DNA of 59,152 nucleotides. It comes from Phoronis australis (taxonomy: Eukaryota > Animalia > Phoronida). Below, piece by piece: positions 25,234 through 37,951 of the stretch. How positions within the stretch are numbered: the stretch's first letter is position 1; each line of letters starts with the position of its first letter. The notes under the pieces were generated by a model. That model saw nothing but the letters and a program-made list of their open reading frames with translations. It had not been told where the DNA came from and searched no databases. The position numbers and the translations under genes are program-made. Location of the stretch: contig NMRA01000197.1 of the NCBI GenBank assembly GCA_002633005.1, positions 665,290 through 724,441 on the forward strand, given 5' to 3'.

Positions 25234-27776
25234 TTTTTTTTCCATAATTTTATTCTTCAATAATATACATTAATAATTTTTAAAGGGTGAAAGGGTGAAC
25301 AAGGAAAAGGGGCAAGGACTTTCACTCACACACTCGCACACTCATTCACACACTTCATCATTTCATGATAATACTACTAAACAATATATGAGTTAAGTAT
25401 ATTACAGATATTACAGATTCATTGCATGGCAGCACTGAGGCTCTCCCACATTTTAATATTAATATTGTCCGGTTCTTTTTGTTTTTGAAAATTAACTATT
25501 GAAATTTTAATATATTTTGACATGAATATTTTAAGGGCAGACCAATCTGGATGCAAGTGCTGTTGGCTACGTAAATAAATAAAATATTGGGCGATAGTGA
25601 TAACATAATTAATCAACAGGGAGAATTCAGAACCTAAATGGCAAAACATGATTTCATTTTTGGTTATTCTGACGTCTTCCTTAAGGGAAGATGTCAAAAT
25701 ATCCTGAACATTAATCAACAATCTTTGCACTACATCACAAAGGTAAAACATGTGTTCAGTACTCTGTACTAGATTACAATAGGGACATTTATCTGAATTA
25801 ACAATCTTCATCTTATATAACAAAGAGTTAGTATACACTCTGTTATGTAACAACATATACTTAAAAGATTTAATGCATGGTTCGAGGGGAAGTGTAAAAG
25901 GCAAGGAATAAATTTTTCGGATATCTTGTTTGGAGTAATGCTGCAACAATTTTTCATAATTGTCTGGTTTTTTGCAATACTTTTGTATCAAAATACTCTT
26001 GATTTTTTCTTTTGGAATTTTATTATAATCTAAGCAAATTTTATTGTTGCAGCCAACCAATCGCTGATGACCTTGATCAATTTTTCTAGATAAAACAATA
26101 CATATTGAATTAAAACTCAGAATTTGAGAATTTACCAATTTATATTTTGCCTTGAGCACCTCCCACGATAAAAGCTTATTTTCAGCATCAAGAAAGTCAT
26201 TGATGAAACATAGCCCATTCTTAGCAAACTCTTTATAATATAGTGACTTATTATTAAGTGTTATCTCTCTGTTATGCCATATAATCTGATCACAAACAGG
26301 TACATCTTTGAAAGCATTATGATTCAACTGTTCACTCACCGACAAAACCTCTCTATAAAAAACATCATTTACTGTTCTACATAGTTTGCTTACTTTAAAA
26401 TTACATGACCACAACAGTTCACCACCATAATTCTTGAGGATATATTGTGGATAAAACTTCCAACTTCCACGTTCAGGAGACTGAAGTCTTTTAACCCAGT
26501 TGACTAAAAGGCCTTCCTTTATAAGGGTCATGTCAGGAAATTTTAAACCACCATCTTCATGAGAAGCCATTGCAACGCTTTTCTTTATTTTAGGTGGTTT
26601 CCCTGCCCAAATAAAATCATTTAAAATTTTATCTATTCGTTTGCACAAATCCCTTGTCAATCCAAGGACAGATATAACGTGAATCAATTTGGGTAGCGCA
26701 AAAGCTTTAGTTATGACAATTCTTCCCTTAATTGTTAATTTTCTTGTTTTCCAAATATTTAGAACTTTCCTAAGTTTCGAAATTTTTTCTTCAAAATTTT
26801 GCTCATTTTTTTCTTTTTCATATTTACCGAAGTAAACGCCCAGACATTTAATATTTCTTTTTGGCCAATTTATATCATACATTTTCTTAAGTTCAGACTG
26901 GTGGCCTAAAAACATTCCTTCGCATTTTCGCTTATTTAGTTTAAGACCAGACACGTCACCAAATCTTGTAAGAAATTTAAAGCATTCTGTTCCTGAAACT
27001 TCATCCTGAATAAATAAAATTGTATCATCAGCATACTGGGCTATTTTTACTTCATGCCCATCAATACACAATCCTTTGATTAAGGGGTTATTTCTAATGT
27101 AATGGCTCATGAGCTCCACACACAGTATAAACAATTGACTACTTAAGGGATCCCCTTGACGAAGACCTCTCTTAACATTAAAATAACCACATGTAAATCC
27201 GTTGTTTTGAACACAAGACACAATATCGTTATATATTGTTTTTATACGGTGAATAAATTTGGGACCAAATTGAAAGGCCCGAAGGGTTTTCTGAAGAAAG
27301 GACCAATTTAAACTGTCATACGCTTTCTTAAAATCTAAGAATATAATTTGTCCATTGAGATTTTTATTTGTATAATACGATATTATGTCCTGTATTAATC
27401 TAATATTTTGACCAATAAATCGTTTTGAAACAGCCGTTTGGTCTGGATGAATAAGCTTATGAATGTACTTATTTAGTCGATTGGCAATAACCTTTGTAAA
27501 TAATTTGTAATCGCAATTTAATAACGAAATTGGTCGCCAATTTTCCAGATTTTTTTTTTGTTTTAAAACTATAATTTATACATTCCAAAAGGAACAGTTT
27601 AATAGCATCCCAAAATGTTTTATAAAATTCATATCCTAAACCGTCATTGCCTGGTGTTTTATTATTTTGGGATTGTTTTAAGGCTTCATAGAGTTCATCT
27701 TCTGTGATCTCTTGTTCTAATAATAAGGACTGGTCATCTGTCAGTACTTTGTTACTAGGAAGAGTGAATATGTCAG
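25234..27776 (-). mobile_element. 5'-truncated L1/Tx1-clade LINE with poly(A) and 11-bp TSD
   Basis: TSD ggacacttaat at 25223-25233 and 27777-27787; poly(T) and TTTATT on the + strand at the left end; RT ORF inside. Confidence 0.92.
25419..27770 (-). pseudogene. L1/Tx1 ORF2 (RT plus C-terminal zinc finger), N-truncated with a deletion and frameshifts
   Basis: KTPGNDG, NWRPISLLNCDYK, LDFKKAYDSL, GLRQGDPLS, QYADDT, CPYCNLVQSTEHMFYLC; 600-aa open 3' part. Confidence 0.92.
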
Positions 27777-28335
27777 GGACACTTAATGACAAAACAACAC
27801 TTAACCAGGTGACATTAGGAATCAACCTGTCGGATGAAAGAGTGACTGTATGGGATCTAGTTTTAATCATTCCTTGAAGTGTATCTCGCAAGTATTTCTT
27901 CCAAATTATTTATACCTCCACTTGTACCGTTTTCATTATTTAGTAAATTAGGATTAGGATCTAAAGATCCGTGTTGTGTTGTGTATGTTTACCTCCACAT
28001 TTAATCATAGAAAGTTTCTCATACCTTTCTGTAACTGTTTTTGATGCTTCAAAATGAATTGCGAATATCTTTCATTAATGCCAGGTTCATCCAGCAGTAA
28101 CACAAAAATAAGTGGAAACATCACAATAGAATGGTTTTAGAATATCACGAGTGTTTCAGTCTAGTCAAAATTCCATTTGATAACTCCTTATGTTAATGTA
28201 AAACATTTAAAAACAATACTTACTAAACAGTTGAGGAGAACAATGCAAAAACCCAGTGCTCAGACAGTTACATAGGTGGAACGAAACAGTCCATAAAAAT
28301 GCGTACGTCATAACATCGTCGTCCTAGTTACGGAG

Positions 28336-28690
28336 ACACTTATGATTCGGGTATTTTTAGCCACCAATGCGCCACAGGACATGATTTCAATACTGATGAT
28401 GTCACTATCCTAGACGTTGAGGAAGACTGGTTCAGAAGGGGTGTAAAAGAAGCTCTCCATGAGCACCAGTAAAAAAGGGGGTTTAAGATTTGATTTGTCA
28501 CACGTATGGGATGGTGTTCTGACGTCAATGCCACGCCGTCTGGTCAAAACGCAACTAATTGGCCAGAATAACGATAACGTCCCAAGTCAAGCTGAAGTCC
28601 GTGAGATCATAGACTATGAGATGCGGTCGCAACGTCGCTAATTTCTTGTAATTTTTTAAATTTTTATTCCAGCATTAGACTCAAATTTTA
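28336..28690 (+). mobile_element. Penelope-like element 3' fragment (GIY-YIG C-terminus plus tail)
   Basis: YDSGIFSHQCATGHDFNTDDVTILDVEEDWFRRGVKEAL...GGLRFDLSHVWDGVL; second copy at 58226-58550. Confidence 0.75.
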
Positions 28691-29264
28691 TCTGTTTTCT
28701 CAACTGGATGTCTCAAAATTTTCATGCTTTTATCTTTCCAGTTAAAGTGAATAACTACTAGTTTCCTAGAAACATTTTGCTTTTCAAAATTGTTTCTCCT
28801 CCAGATACAGAATACAGCTTGGTTGATATTTATCCTAGACAACAAAGTTAAGTTTACGTTCTTCCACACAAGCTCGTGTTGCTTCCTTTCTTAAGAACTT
28901 TGAAATAGTTATATACATAGAAAGGTTGATACAAAAAGTGTTCTAAAAAGTGCGATTAGTCTGTGTGCAGCTTTCAATCATTATGTTTGTGGAATGTGAT
29001 TGTGTGGTACGAGATTCGGAAATTCCTATTCTTCTCAACTGCACAACACGATTTAATCTTACTAAAGATGGTTCGAAGGCTTTATTTATTTTTTGTTATT
29101 TTTATTTAGTAATGCTCTAGAAAAGAGACGAACCCCAGTTAAAACAGAAGTCAATAGCTACCTTTATAATTACTGTGTGCTAAGAAAAATTTAGCCTCAT
29201 CAAACTTTTTTGATAAAACCCTACTACTTATCTACAACAACCATGATTTTAAAAATTAGATGAT

Positions 29265-29303
29265 GTGTGCATGCGTGCGTGCGTGCGTGCGTGCGTACGT
29301 GTG
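29265..29303. repeat. (GCGT)n microsatellite
   Basis: gtgtgcatgcgtgcgtgcgtgcgtgcgtgcgtacgtgtg. Confidence 0.85.
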
Positions 29304-29826
29304 TATGATGTTTTGGCTGCAGCACACATTGCAGTTGATGCATTTGCTTTGTTTTGAGAAATAAAGTATAAAAATACACATGTCGAGGGTTATGATTGAT
29401 TTATTTAGTGTTTCCAATAGTTTGTTCATTTATACACCATAATGACAAGTTTCTTATATAAATACTAACAATCTCAAAAGTATCAAAATTACAGCTCTTA
29501 CCTGTCATGGCAAACAGCACCTCCAATACACAACCTTTCCCATGCACTGCAGAAACAATAATGCCGCCAAAATCACTGAGGTCAGGCTAAATACCTCTCT
29601 TGGAGTGAATACAGAACCGGTTTGAACTAGTTACCTTACACATTTACTATTTGAAATTACCACCAGAAACAATGTCCTAACAAATCAGCAGTTCCAGACA
29701 ACCAAGCCAGAGCACCATGGTTCAAATCCTGATAACATTAATTTTTTTAGAAACGTTAATAATTTCTAAAATATATAAAATACACCACTATCACATAGAT
29801 CTCCATGATAGCAAGTAGCAGCATAT

Positions 29827-30725
29827 ATTAGTAAAAACAACAACTGTTTTAAGTCGACTTGACATGTTTCGTTATCATCAGAAGCTAGAATACAGTGTGC
29901 AATTTGATGGTTCTGTTTCTTGCCTTTTCAAAATTACGGGAAATACGTCGGTTCCGAACACACATGTCGTTGGTTGCCATTTATTTAGTGTTTCCAATAG
30001 TTTGTTCTTATCTCGCCGTATAGTCCTTGCTTCTTTCCCCTTTTTGTGATTGCGGTCCTGAGAAGTCTTTTCCTGGTGGCAAGAACATCATGAGGTGATG
30101 TATTGGGTAAACGAATATATACCGTTTGTTGGGTTTTACGTCAAGATTGCTCAACAAAAAAACTCAACAAATTGGTGAATGATTACTGTGTAGACTTAAG
30201 AGTTGTATTAACATTCAACTCTCTAAAGCTGTCGAATTTATTTAACCCTGGGGACAAAATTCGTATGGATCTAATGTCCAGGGTAGTGTACAAATTTATC
30301 TGAGCTGGATGTGGCTCGATCCAGTTATATAGGTGAAACTGCTCGCATATTGAAAACCAGGACCAAGGAACATCTAAATTCCGACAGACGTTCATATGTA
30401 AATACTCATCTACAGAGCAACTATCATTGTTATCAGCAGTGCTCTTCCAAGACTTTGCAATAATAGACCAGGCATTAACAACACAGGAGGCTTTACACAT
30501 CAGTTGGTGCAAGCCCAATCTCAGTAGGCAACTGGCACACCACAGGTTGTCATTGTTGGTCTAGTTCATTGTCACTTCCTGTAACTGACTGTATCTGTGG
30601 TTCATTACTTGCTGCTGGGCCTATCTGGGTGGCCACTGTATTCTCTCTTCTGATGATGGTGTTTGAATAAATGACACCGAAGCATGTCAAGTCGACTTAA
30701 AATCGTTGTTGGTTTTATTAATAAA
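29827..30725 (+). mobile_element. Penelope-like element fragment with an inverted 5' copy of its tail
   Basis: Degenerate GIY-YIG (KLSNLFNPGDKI...SRVVYKF.., YIGETARILKTRTKEHL, EALHISWCKPNL). 29827-29884 is the reverse complement of the 30647-30722 tail, with the stem-II hairpin deleted. Confidence 0.8.
30647..30691 (+). ncRNA. Minimal hammerhead-ribozyme-like motif in the Penelope tail
   Basis: ctt CTGATGA t ggtgtt-loop-gacacc GAAG c at GTC aag. One core mismatch (GAAG for GAAA); the inverted copy keeps GAAAC. Confidence 0.55.
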
Positions 30726-31313
30726 TGATTAAGATAAACAGTCAATTTTCAAATTAAATCTGAAAATTGTTATTACGGTTTTCTGAAATATCGGCTTTTC
30801 GTTAGATTTCCGTTTCATGAAAAGCATAAAAGTCCTATTTTTGATAGACAGTAATGCAAAAGTGAAACATTTTAAAAAGGATTCTAAAGTGTTTTGGAGA
30901 ATATTGCATAAATCATACTATTACAAAATCGACGTTTGTAGTAATTTTCTGTCCGCTTTTCATTTAAACCAAGGCCGTTGTCTTTACCATTTAACTACGC
31001 TTAAAATAGTCTGCTATTTAATGCATGGGATTTGTCTTAGTGGCAGAGGGTTCCGGATGCTCTTTGATAGGAAGTTGGTTCGATTTCGCGCTTCTTCTAA
31101 TTTCTGTAAAATATAGCATAACAAGTTCTGCCGAAATCTGTGTGTTGTAATTATTCAACTGTTTTGTTTGGTACACTGGTATATATATATTTTTTCGCAT
31201 CTCATTTTTCTAATCTGTCAACTGCGAGGTGACACATAAAATATCCATTTTGTTGTATTTGAGCAGTACTACATGTATCTGCTAACTGCAAATACTAGCC
31301 ATGTTTGTTGCAG

Positions 31314-31532
31314 TGAGTACAAACATTGCCTTGCACAAGTCCACTCTGCAGTTCGGGACGGCTCATGAAGGTGTGTCATCACGTGCCGTCGATGGATCCA
31401 AAAATACCAGTTACAGGGGTGGTAAGAGCTGTTCACACACCATATATGGACCACAATCCTGGTGGAGAGTTGACCTGGAGAGTGTTTATGCTGTCTACAC
31501 TGTCAAATTAACAAACAGAGAAGAAAAATATT
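31314..31532 (+). CDS. Gene 2 exon 2: F-type lectin (fucolectin/FTP) domain, first half
   Basis: ttgcag/gtaagt, phase 1-1; NIALHKSTLQ...SSRAVDG...CSHT...SWWRVDL...VKLTNR. Confidence 0.92.
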
Positions 31533-33527
31533 GTAAGTCAAGTGTAAGTGTGGAAATGTAGAAGTAACCTACAGAGATCAGTGCCCTCTTGCACGAATCA
31601 GTACCAGAGAGGAAATCGACTAATTTCCTTAAATCCATCACGTATTTTGAGCTTGTGAAAACGCTGATTGTTTCAGTTTCATATCTAAGTCATTTTTAAG
31701 CTTTGATACAAATTGAAAATGGATTCGCGTTTAATTCTCAATTTCACCGATAACAGGAGTTTTCATGCAACCATGAGAAGAGTCCTTCGTTGACACCCTA
31801 ACCGGTCCAAATTGGGCAACTCGACGTTTGCGCACCTCAGGAGCTGCCGGTTTACATCAAAGAGAGGTTGCTGTTGTGGTTAAAAAAATCACCTCAGGGT
31901 GCTGATGTTATCGTTCTGTAGATAATCAGACACATCATAAACACATTGGGGGCGACCATATTATTTTAAAAATTTCGGTTTGAAAGTTTGTAAATAGTTC
32001 GTGAAAAGCACACGTGATTAGCTTTTTGAATTCTGAAAATTGGACAACCTAGAGCGTTTGTTTAATGTTGCAAGACGATGTTCCTCAATAATTCTGCTGG
32101 GTGTGCAATATACTTGGGCCAATTACCAAGCCGCCATCCATTTTGAGGTAAGCCAAGTGTCATCGACAATTCTTGTCATGACGCTCCTAATAATCTAAGG
32201 ACACAGTCCCTATTTATTTTCACTGAACTCAGGTCTTTGAGTTTTGAGTTATATTATTAGAAATTGCCATTAATCAAAGACGATCTCATAATAAAGATGA
32301 AAGGGTAGAAAAAAAGATTTCATCTGTGAGTAAAGAACGACAGAAATACGCAGTGGACTTAGGGAACTTAGTTGAGTCATTATTTGGGATTGTTTCATTC
32401 GACTGGACAAAGAAGCTCTGTACATGTACGACATTCGGTGTTTGGTTTTTCCCTTTAGTACAATAGTTGTTCCAAACTGCATGTATTTGAAAGAATTACA
32501 ATTGCTGCACAGTGAACTTAGTTAACTACTCATACTGCGTGCAATATTTGCGATCTGCTTTTTGCTAGTAGTTTCCAAGAAACTGAGAAAATAAAAATGA
32601 TATAATCTGCCACAAAAAATCCTGGTACTTTGATACATTCCTTATGAACTTTTCTTTCTCGGTCAGAGAAATGCACCAAGAATAGTGTAAGAACTACGTC
32701 AAAATATGACAGATTTAAGCTCTGCTGGTTCAAAACTTCAGAAACAGTAAAAAACCTTGAATGTGACGTATTCATAAAGTAAGTTGATAAGAATTTTAGA
32801 GACACATATTGATATACGAAATGGCTATTTTATTGTTCTGTGACGTATATCACTCCCGCTGCTGTATCACAAGTAGGACGGTACAGTAACGCTGGGGTTT
32901 CAGTGCAATAAAACTGAATTTTGGAACAAATTGAATCGGTCTTTTCAGTAAAATAGAAAGTATAATGTTAAATTTGGTTGAATTTTTGAACTTTGACCGA
33001 TTACATTAATGTAATGCCAAGTAAGATAAAGTGTGTCAGGTGGCGTACTTCGAGCAGATTGTAAAAGGTTCAATTCAGCAAAATGTGTCCTTACGAATTG
33101 AAAAAAGAAACTTCTTAAAACTTACCGTACCATCGTCCACGTTTCATCTTGAAAATCAACTTGACGTCTTTAAGCCACAACGAGACTCGAAGACCGGTTG
33201 AGTCAAATCACTTCTCTCAGAACCAGAGACATGATGGATTAGGACAAGACAGATCCGGAACATTGCTTTAGGACCCGAAAATCATTCTCGACAAATATGC
33301 AACACCTGTTACAGGATGACCCTGCACTCGTCAGAACCATCGGTGGACTGCTCAGCAACGACGTTGTTTACCGACGGATTAAGATCCTACAGCGTACGCA
33401 GCTTCGATAGACATGGGCACATTTGGCGAAGAGTGGATGAAAGACATGGTGATTGTTCGTTTAGTCGAGTGAGAGTATTTATAAGATGGGGTGAAATACA
33501 TTGGAATTAAGAATAAGGTGTTTTCAT

Positions 33528-33779
33528 AATGCACGCACCGAGGGGGTTGTGCTCGGGGGCGCTCGAACGAGCCCCCATTTGACGAAGTGAGCAAAAAGGT
33601 CCGCCCCAGAGAAACAAAAAGATCGAGAAAACACGACAAAAGTCTACTAAAGAGACAGGAATTCGTCGAATGCTCAATTCAACGCTCTGAACATACGCCG
33701 TTTTTAGGCCCGTTTTTAGTAAAAGGTCCGCATTCTGAAAAATTCGAGCCTCTTGTCATTTAGGCCGGGTGATCGCATG
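33528..33779. mobile_element. CATG-family MITE (5-bp TSD ttcat/ttcac)
   Basis: Shares caaaaaggtccgcc.cagagaaa and tttttagtaaaa.gtcc with 44873-45091; ends gggtgatcgcatg. Confidence 0.7.
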
Positions 33780-33989
33780 TTCACATCCATAAAAAAACAT
33801 TAATATCGAGCTCTACACGCTTTGAAATTTCATTTGGAATCTTTCGGCAAGCCTCGGATTTTAAATGAAATTTCCAAGAGGTTTTGCCCATGTCATAACC
33901 TGAGACTCGGTTGGGATTCTCTATCTACTTTGTTCATGACTTAATAACCTTTTGTGTCTAATGATTTAAATATATGAGTATTCTTTCAG

Positions 33990-34211
33990 ACATAACTCTA
34001 TCAAACTTTGACATCCGCGTATCCAACAATTCTCAACTGTCAACTAGCGACCCCTTGTGTTATCATTACGCTGGAACTGTTGGTAGAGGTGCTACAGAGC
34101 AGATCACATGTAATGAAGCTGTGTATGGTAGATACCTGTATATACGGCTACGAGGAGCAGATAATCCATTAGTTATCTGCGAGGTAGAAGTTTACGGCGT
34201 ATTCGTCTCAG
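33990..34211 (+). CDS. Gene 2 exon 3: F-type lectin domain, second half
   Basis: tttcag/gtaata, phase 1-1; LSNFDIRV...LCYHY...ITCNEAVYGRYLYIRL...LVICEVEVYG. Confidence 0.92.
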
Positions 34212-34644
34212 GTAATAGTATCCTGTGCTGAAATCCTCAATTTATAATTGGTGCCCTTTGACTTATAAAATCAATATTCTATTGCCATACGTTTTTCATC
34301 AAAATTGCCGTTTCATAATGTTCATTGGCATCTTTTTAAGTAGAAAGGCGCGTCGACTTCTGTGAACTAAGTTCTGTTCAAAACATTTTCAATGCCATTT
34401 AAACAAGTTTTAAACCAAACTGCTTCAGAGTCGCTTATGTTTGGATTTGATTTGTTTGAGCACTTCCTGGTATCAAAGCATATAATCTTCATATTAATTA
34501 TCGCTCCATATATCACTAGCCCGTTTTTGATATACCTCATGAAGGTACATGTAAGCGAAGGAGTTTTTCACCTTGAAAACACTATCTAAATAGCAAGCTT
34601 TCAGATACTCTTCAAATGATTTACTGAACATGATTTCTTTGTAG

Positions 34645-34860
34645 ATTTAGTCGGTGGTGTACTAGATTTTGGTGAGGGAGATGAGGTCAGTCCGACACAT
34701 GATAATCTTTTCCAGACCGCCACTTTCCCCAGAGGTGGGATCCTTATAGGATGGCAAATACGAGCGAAGAATGCTGGAACATTCTATGCTACGATATGGA
34801 AGGAAGAGGCAACAAAGTGGAAACTTGTTAAGAAAAATGAAATTGTTGTTGGACAATCAG
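34645..34860 (+). CDS. Gene 2 exon 4: uncharacterised extracellular domain, first half
   Basis: ttgtag/gtaaac, phase 1-1, 216 nt open; DLVGGVLDFGEG...FPRGGILIGWQIRAKNAGTFYATIWKEEATKWKLVKKNEI. An alternative in-frame acceptor lies 6 nt downstream. Confidence 0.8.
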
Positions 34861-34989
34861 GTAAACATTAAAGTAGAAAGTCTAATTAAAAGACTACTAC
34901 GTTTTTTAATGGTTTACTGAGCAATACCGTCGTCAGCATTTTCTGATATTCTTTACGTCTATACGTTGAATGTTTGTTTGTATTTGCAG

Positions 34990-35241
34990 GATATCAGACT
35001 TACAAGTTACCAGAGTCTGACAGATTCTATGTCCACGCTGGTTACTTCATTGGCTATGAGTATCCCAACACCAATACACATCAAATACTGTACGTGTCAC
35101 ATAATTACTACTACATGCAAACGATACGAGCGTGTGGACATGAGGGGCCAGTGTCCGTGGGAGAAACTGTGGATAAATGTTCAACGACTTACGTTCGCAC
35201 TCCTGCATTACGGGCAATGGCTGTACCGCTCTCGTATTTGC
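34990..35241 (+). CDS. Gene 2 exon 5: uncharacterised domain, second half
   Basis: ttgcag/gttagt, phase 1-1; GYQTYKLPESDRFYVHAGYFIGYEY...RTPALRAMAVPLSYL. Confidence 0.78.
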
Positions 35242-36977
35242 GTTAGTATTTCGTATTGATTACTGTATGCCTTGACGCTATTTCAGTCTGGTGCATAGGG
35301 GAACAATCATAAATGCCTGATTTTAATTGTTACAATTTTGAGAATTTTGGAAATATCAGAAAACAGTTATCACTTTGCTGACCGCCAACTTATATTACTT
35401 TGAAGCGCATGTCCGTAGTTCATGAGGAAATGAGTTGATTTTTATACCACTATAGCAAATCAGTTATAGCAAAGTTCATCTAATTTAGATGAGTGTTATT
35501 TATATTGGTGACTTGATTCGACAGCACACTTCTTACATTTAAGCGTAAGTGTTCAAACATTTTCGACACCCACTCACCTTTTCGTACTTCCATATAAAAT
35601 AATTTGTATTTCTGCAAAAGCTTGCACGATGTACACACATACATTCATGTGGTTTCGAATGGTGCCACCTGTAAATAAAATCAACGGAGGCTAACATTTT
35701 ACCAGCGACGAAAAAATACGTGGCTCTAATGTGTACCCATCAACGAAACTCTTTACTCAATGAAAGCACGTCCCTTACTGTCGTCATGATTTCCTGATCA
35801 GTAGCAACTTAATTGAACTAAATCTGGTCACTTTCATTACTATAGAGAGCCAAAATTCCGCTTCAAATGCGCAAACTTTCAAAAGCGGAAACTTCCTGAT
35901 CTTCTTGCTCATTTGCAAGTTCAATTTGTTTCCACCCCAGTTCAAAGAGCAAGCAAGATGTTGCGCTCAGGTGCTGCTCAGTAAACAAGTAACCGGTGAT
36001 TGACGGGCGCAGCGTGGAATCCCAAACCACGCTTATCTTTTGAGGCGTAATCGTTTCACTGTCCCGACATGTGGTGTTTTTGACACTTCCCATTATCTCC
36101 AATTCGGTTTACGGTATAGTTCACTTGCAACAGATATAAAAACTTGAGTAAATAAAAACGAAAGTAAGAAATTGCAGCTAAGGGAGGTCCACGGAGAGTC
36201 TCATTGATGGCCATTTCAACAATAGGACGAGGCGCAGAATTACAAGTTGATGTTCCCATTTTTCTTTCATAGAAGTGAACCATTTATTAAAATATCTGCC
36301 GGCATTTTGTGTTTAGTTATTTGCCGGAGAGTTGTCGCCGCTTCTGTTTTAATCTGCAGAGGAATAAAGTTGCTAAAAGAATATGAAGAACAACATTCTT
36401 TGTATCGGTAGTTAACAAGTAAAGTTTCGATTATCGTTCAAAACACTATCTAAATGATTTCAAAAACTATGTGAAATCCTCGTTGATTGAAAGTTAAGTG
36501 AACTACACAAAATACAATGTGGATTTTAAACCTTAACAGTATATTTCTTTTCTTGAATTTTGAGGGTTGCCGAGGCTTAATGAACATAACGTTTTGTGTT
36601 AGTACGAATTTAATTTAACTAATACTGATCCAGACGTTGAGATTGTCTGTTAATATAGGACTAGTGTTTGGTATCCTATGGCAACATGCAGTCGGATGCC
36701 TGAAAGACGGAGAAGACTAGATATGAGCATTTACATACCCCTTCATAGGACTACATGGGTTTCAATAATAACTTTTGCATTGTTCTGAGAATCTCTTCAG
36801 CAAAATGTGGCATTAATTTTTGAAATAACAGTCGCGTATCTGAACAGCGTTCTGAGTATCTTTTCTCCATTTAACTCAGCATATGCATGAACATGTACAG
36901 AGACATAATGTCGAACCGCTAGTTCTCATTGAAACGATTTGGTCATTTGAAACCCAGAATACTTTATGTCATTCCAG

Positions 36978-37271
36978 TTGTCTGGTGGCAGTTTTCCACC
37001 TTAACCCAATCGGGCACAAAAATGACTATGACAGTCCACCCTTGGCCAGCAGTTGTGCCTAGTGTCACAAAGGTCATCGCACAGTATAGACGAATTACAT
37101 CTGAATCTTGGCTTCAATTTGGAGGGGACATGACTCCTGCGTCAATGCTCTCTAGTGTTGTACTTGAAGAATCCGGGCTTCAACCAGGCATTCACGAATT
37201 CAGGGGTCATGTGACTTATGGAGATAGCAGTGTGGCTAGTACGACTGTTCAACGTAAATGGTTTTGCTCAG
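36978..37271 (+). CDS. Gene 2 exon 6: divergent FN3-like domain
   Basis: ttccag/gtatgt, phase 1-1, 294 nt; ...VHPWP...AQYRRITSESW...SGLQPGIHEFRGHV. Confidence 0.78.
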
Positions 37272-37951
37272 GTATGTTGCTTATCACACACGAACTCCAT
37301 TTACGTCGTTTATGGCCGCATAATCATATTTATGTGACCCATCATTTTGACCAACAAACGAAAAAGCGGGTAATTGGACGAGATGTGGCGAGACTTCTGT
37401 CGCATCCAAGTTCGTCAATACTAAATAGTAAGTAAATAAAATACTTTCATCACACGACTAAGTTTCATGTGGATAAGGGGACAATTTACTAAGCCCAATT
37501 TGGGTATTGTCACAGTGGTGCCTCGTCTAGCAAGAGACAATTCTCTCACTCAAAAGGCAAAATCACTACGACGAAATAATGTCAGCACCACCTTTCGATC
37601 AACTTTTAAATTTGTCTAACAAAATGTCAGACCACGGCCAAGGTCCCTACAGAGCTGCGATATTTCAGATGCCCGCAATTATTACATGATCACAAAAATT
37701 CATTCACGCAAAGAAAGCACTTCATGTTTGTGATTCATCTTCAGAACAACAACTCGCACGAGCAGCGTCACCTCTTAGTAGTAAATCATTTTCTAGAGTG
37801 GGTACCATTTGCTCTCACGAGATTGATAGTTTCTCCGCGGCAAGTTCCGGCGACTGTGTTGTGGGGGATGAACTACTAAGTTAGGCAGGTTTTTGTGCGA
37901 AATTTTAGTAAGGTAACACGCGCTATTGCGCGGTAAAGGAGGTACGTGTAC

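Noticed and set aside
29375-30007. ~50-bp direct repeat (atttatttagtgtttccaatagtttgttc) at about 29399 and 29979
   Set aside because: Real, but most simply a local duplication tied to the adjacent Penelope insertion; no further structure seen.
33180-33450. Possible Gypsy integrase C-terminal remnant (PALVRTIGGLLS...QLR)
   Set aside because: Only a vague motif resemblance; no LTR or other domains seen.
37745-37941. Possible internal coding exon with a cttcag acceptor and gag|gtacgt donor
   Set aside because: The phase-1 frame hits TAG near 37883; at most a non-coding 5'UTR segment.
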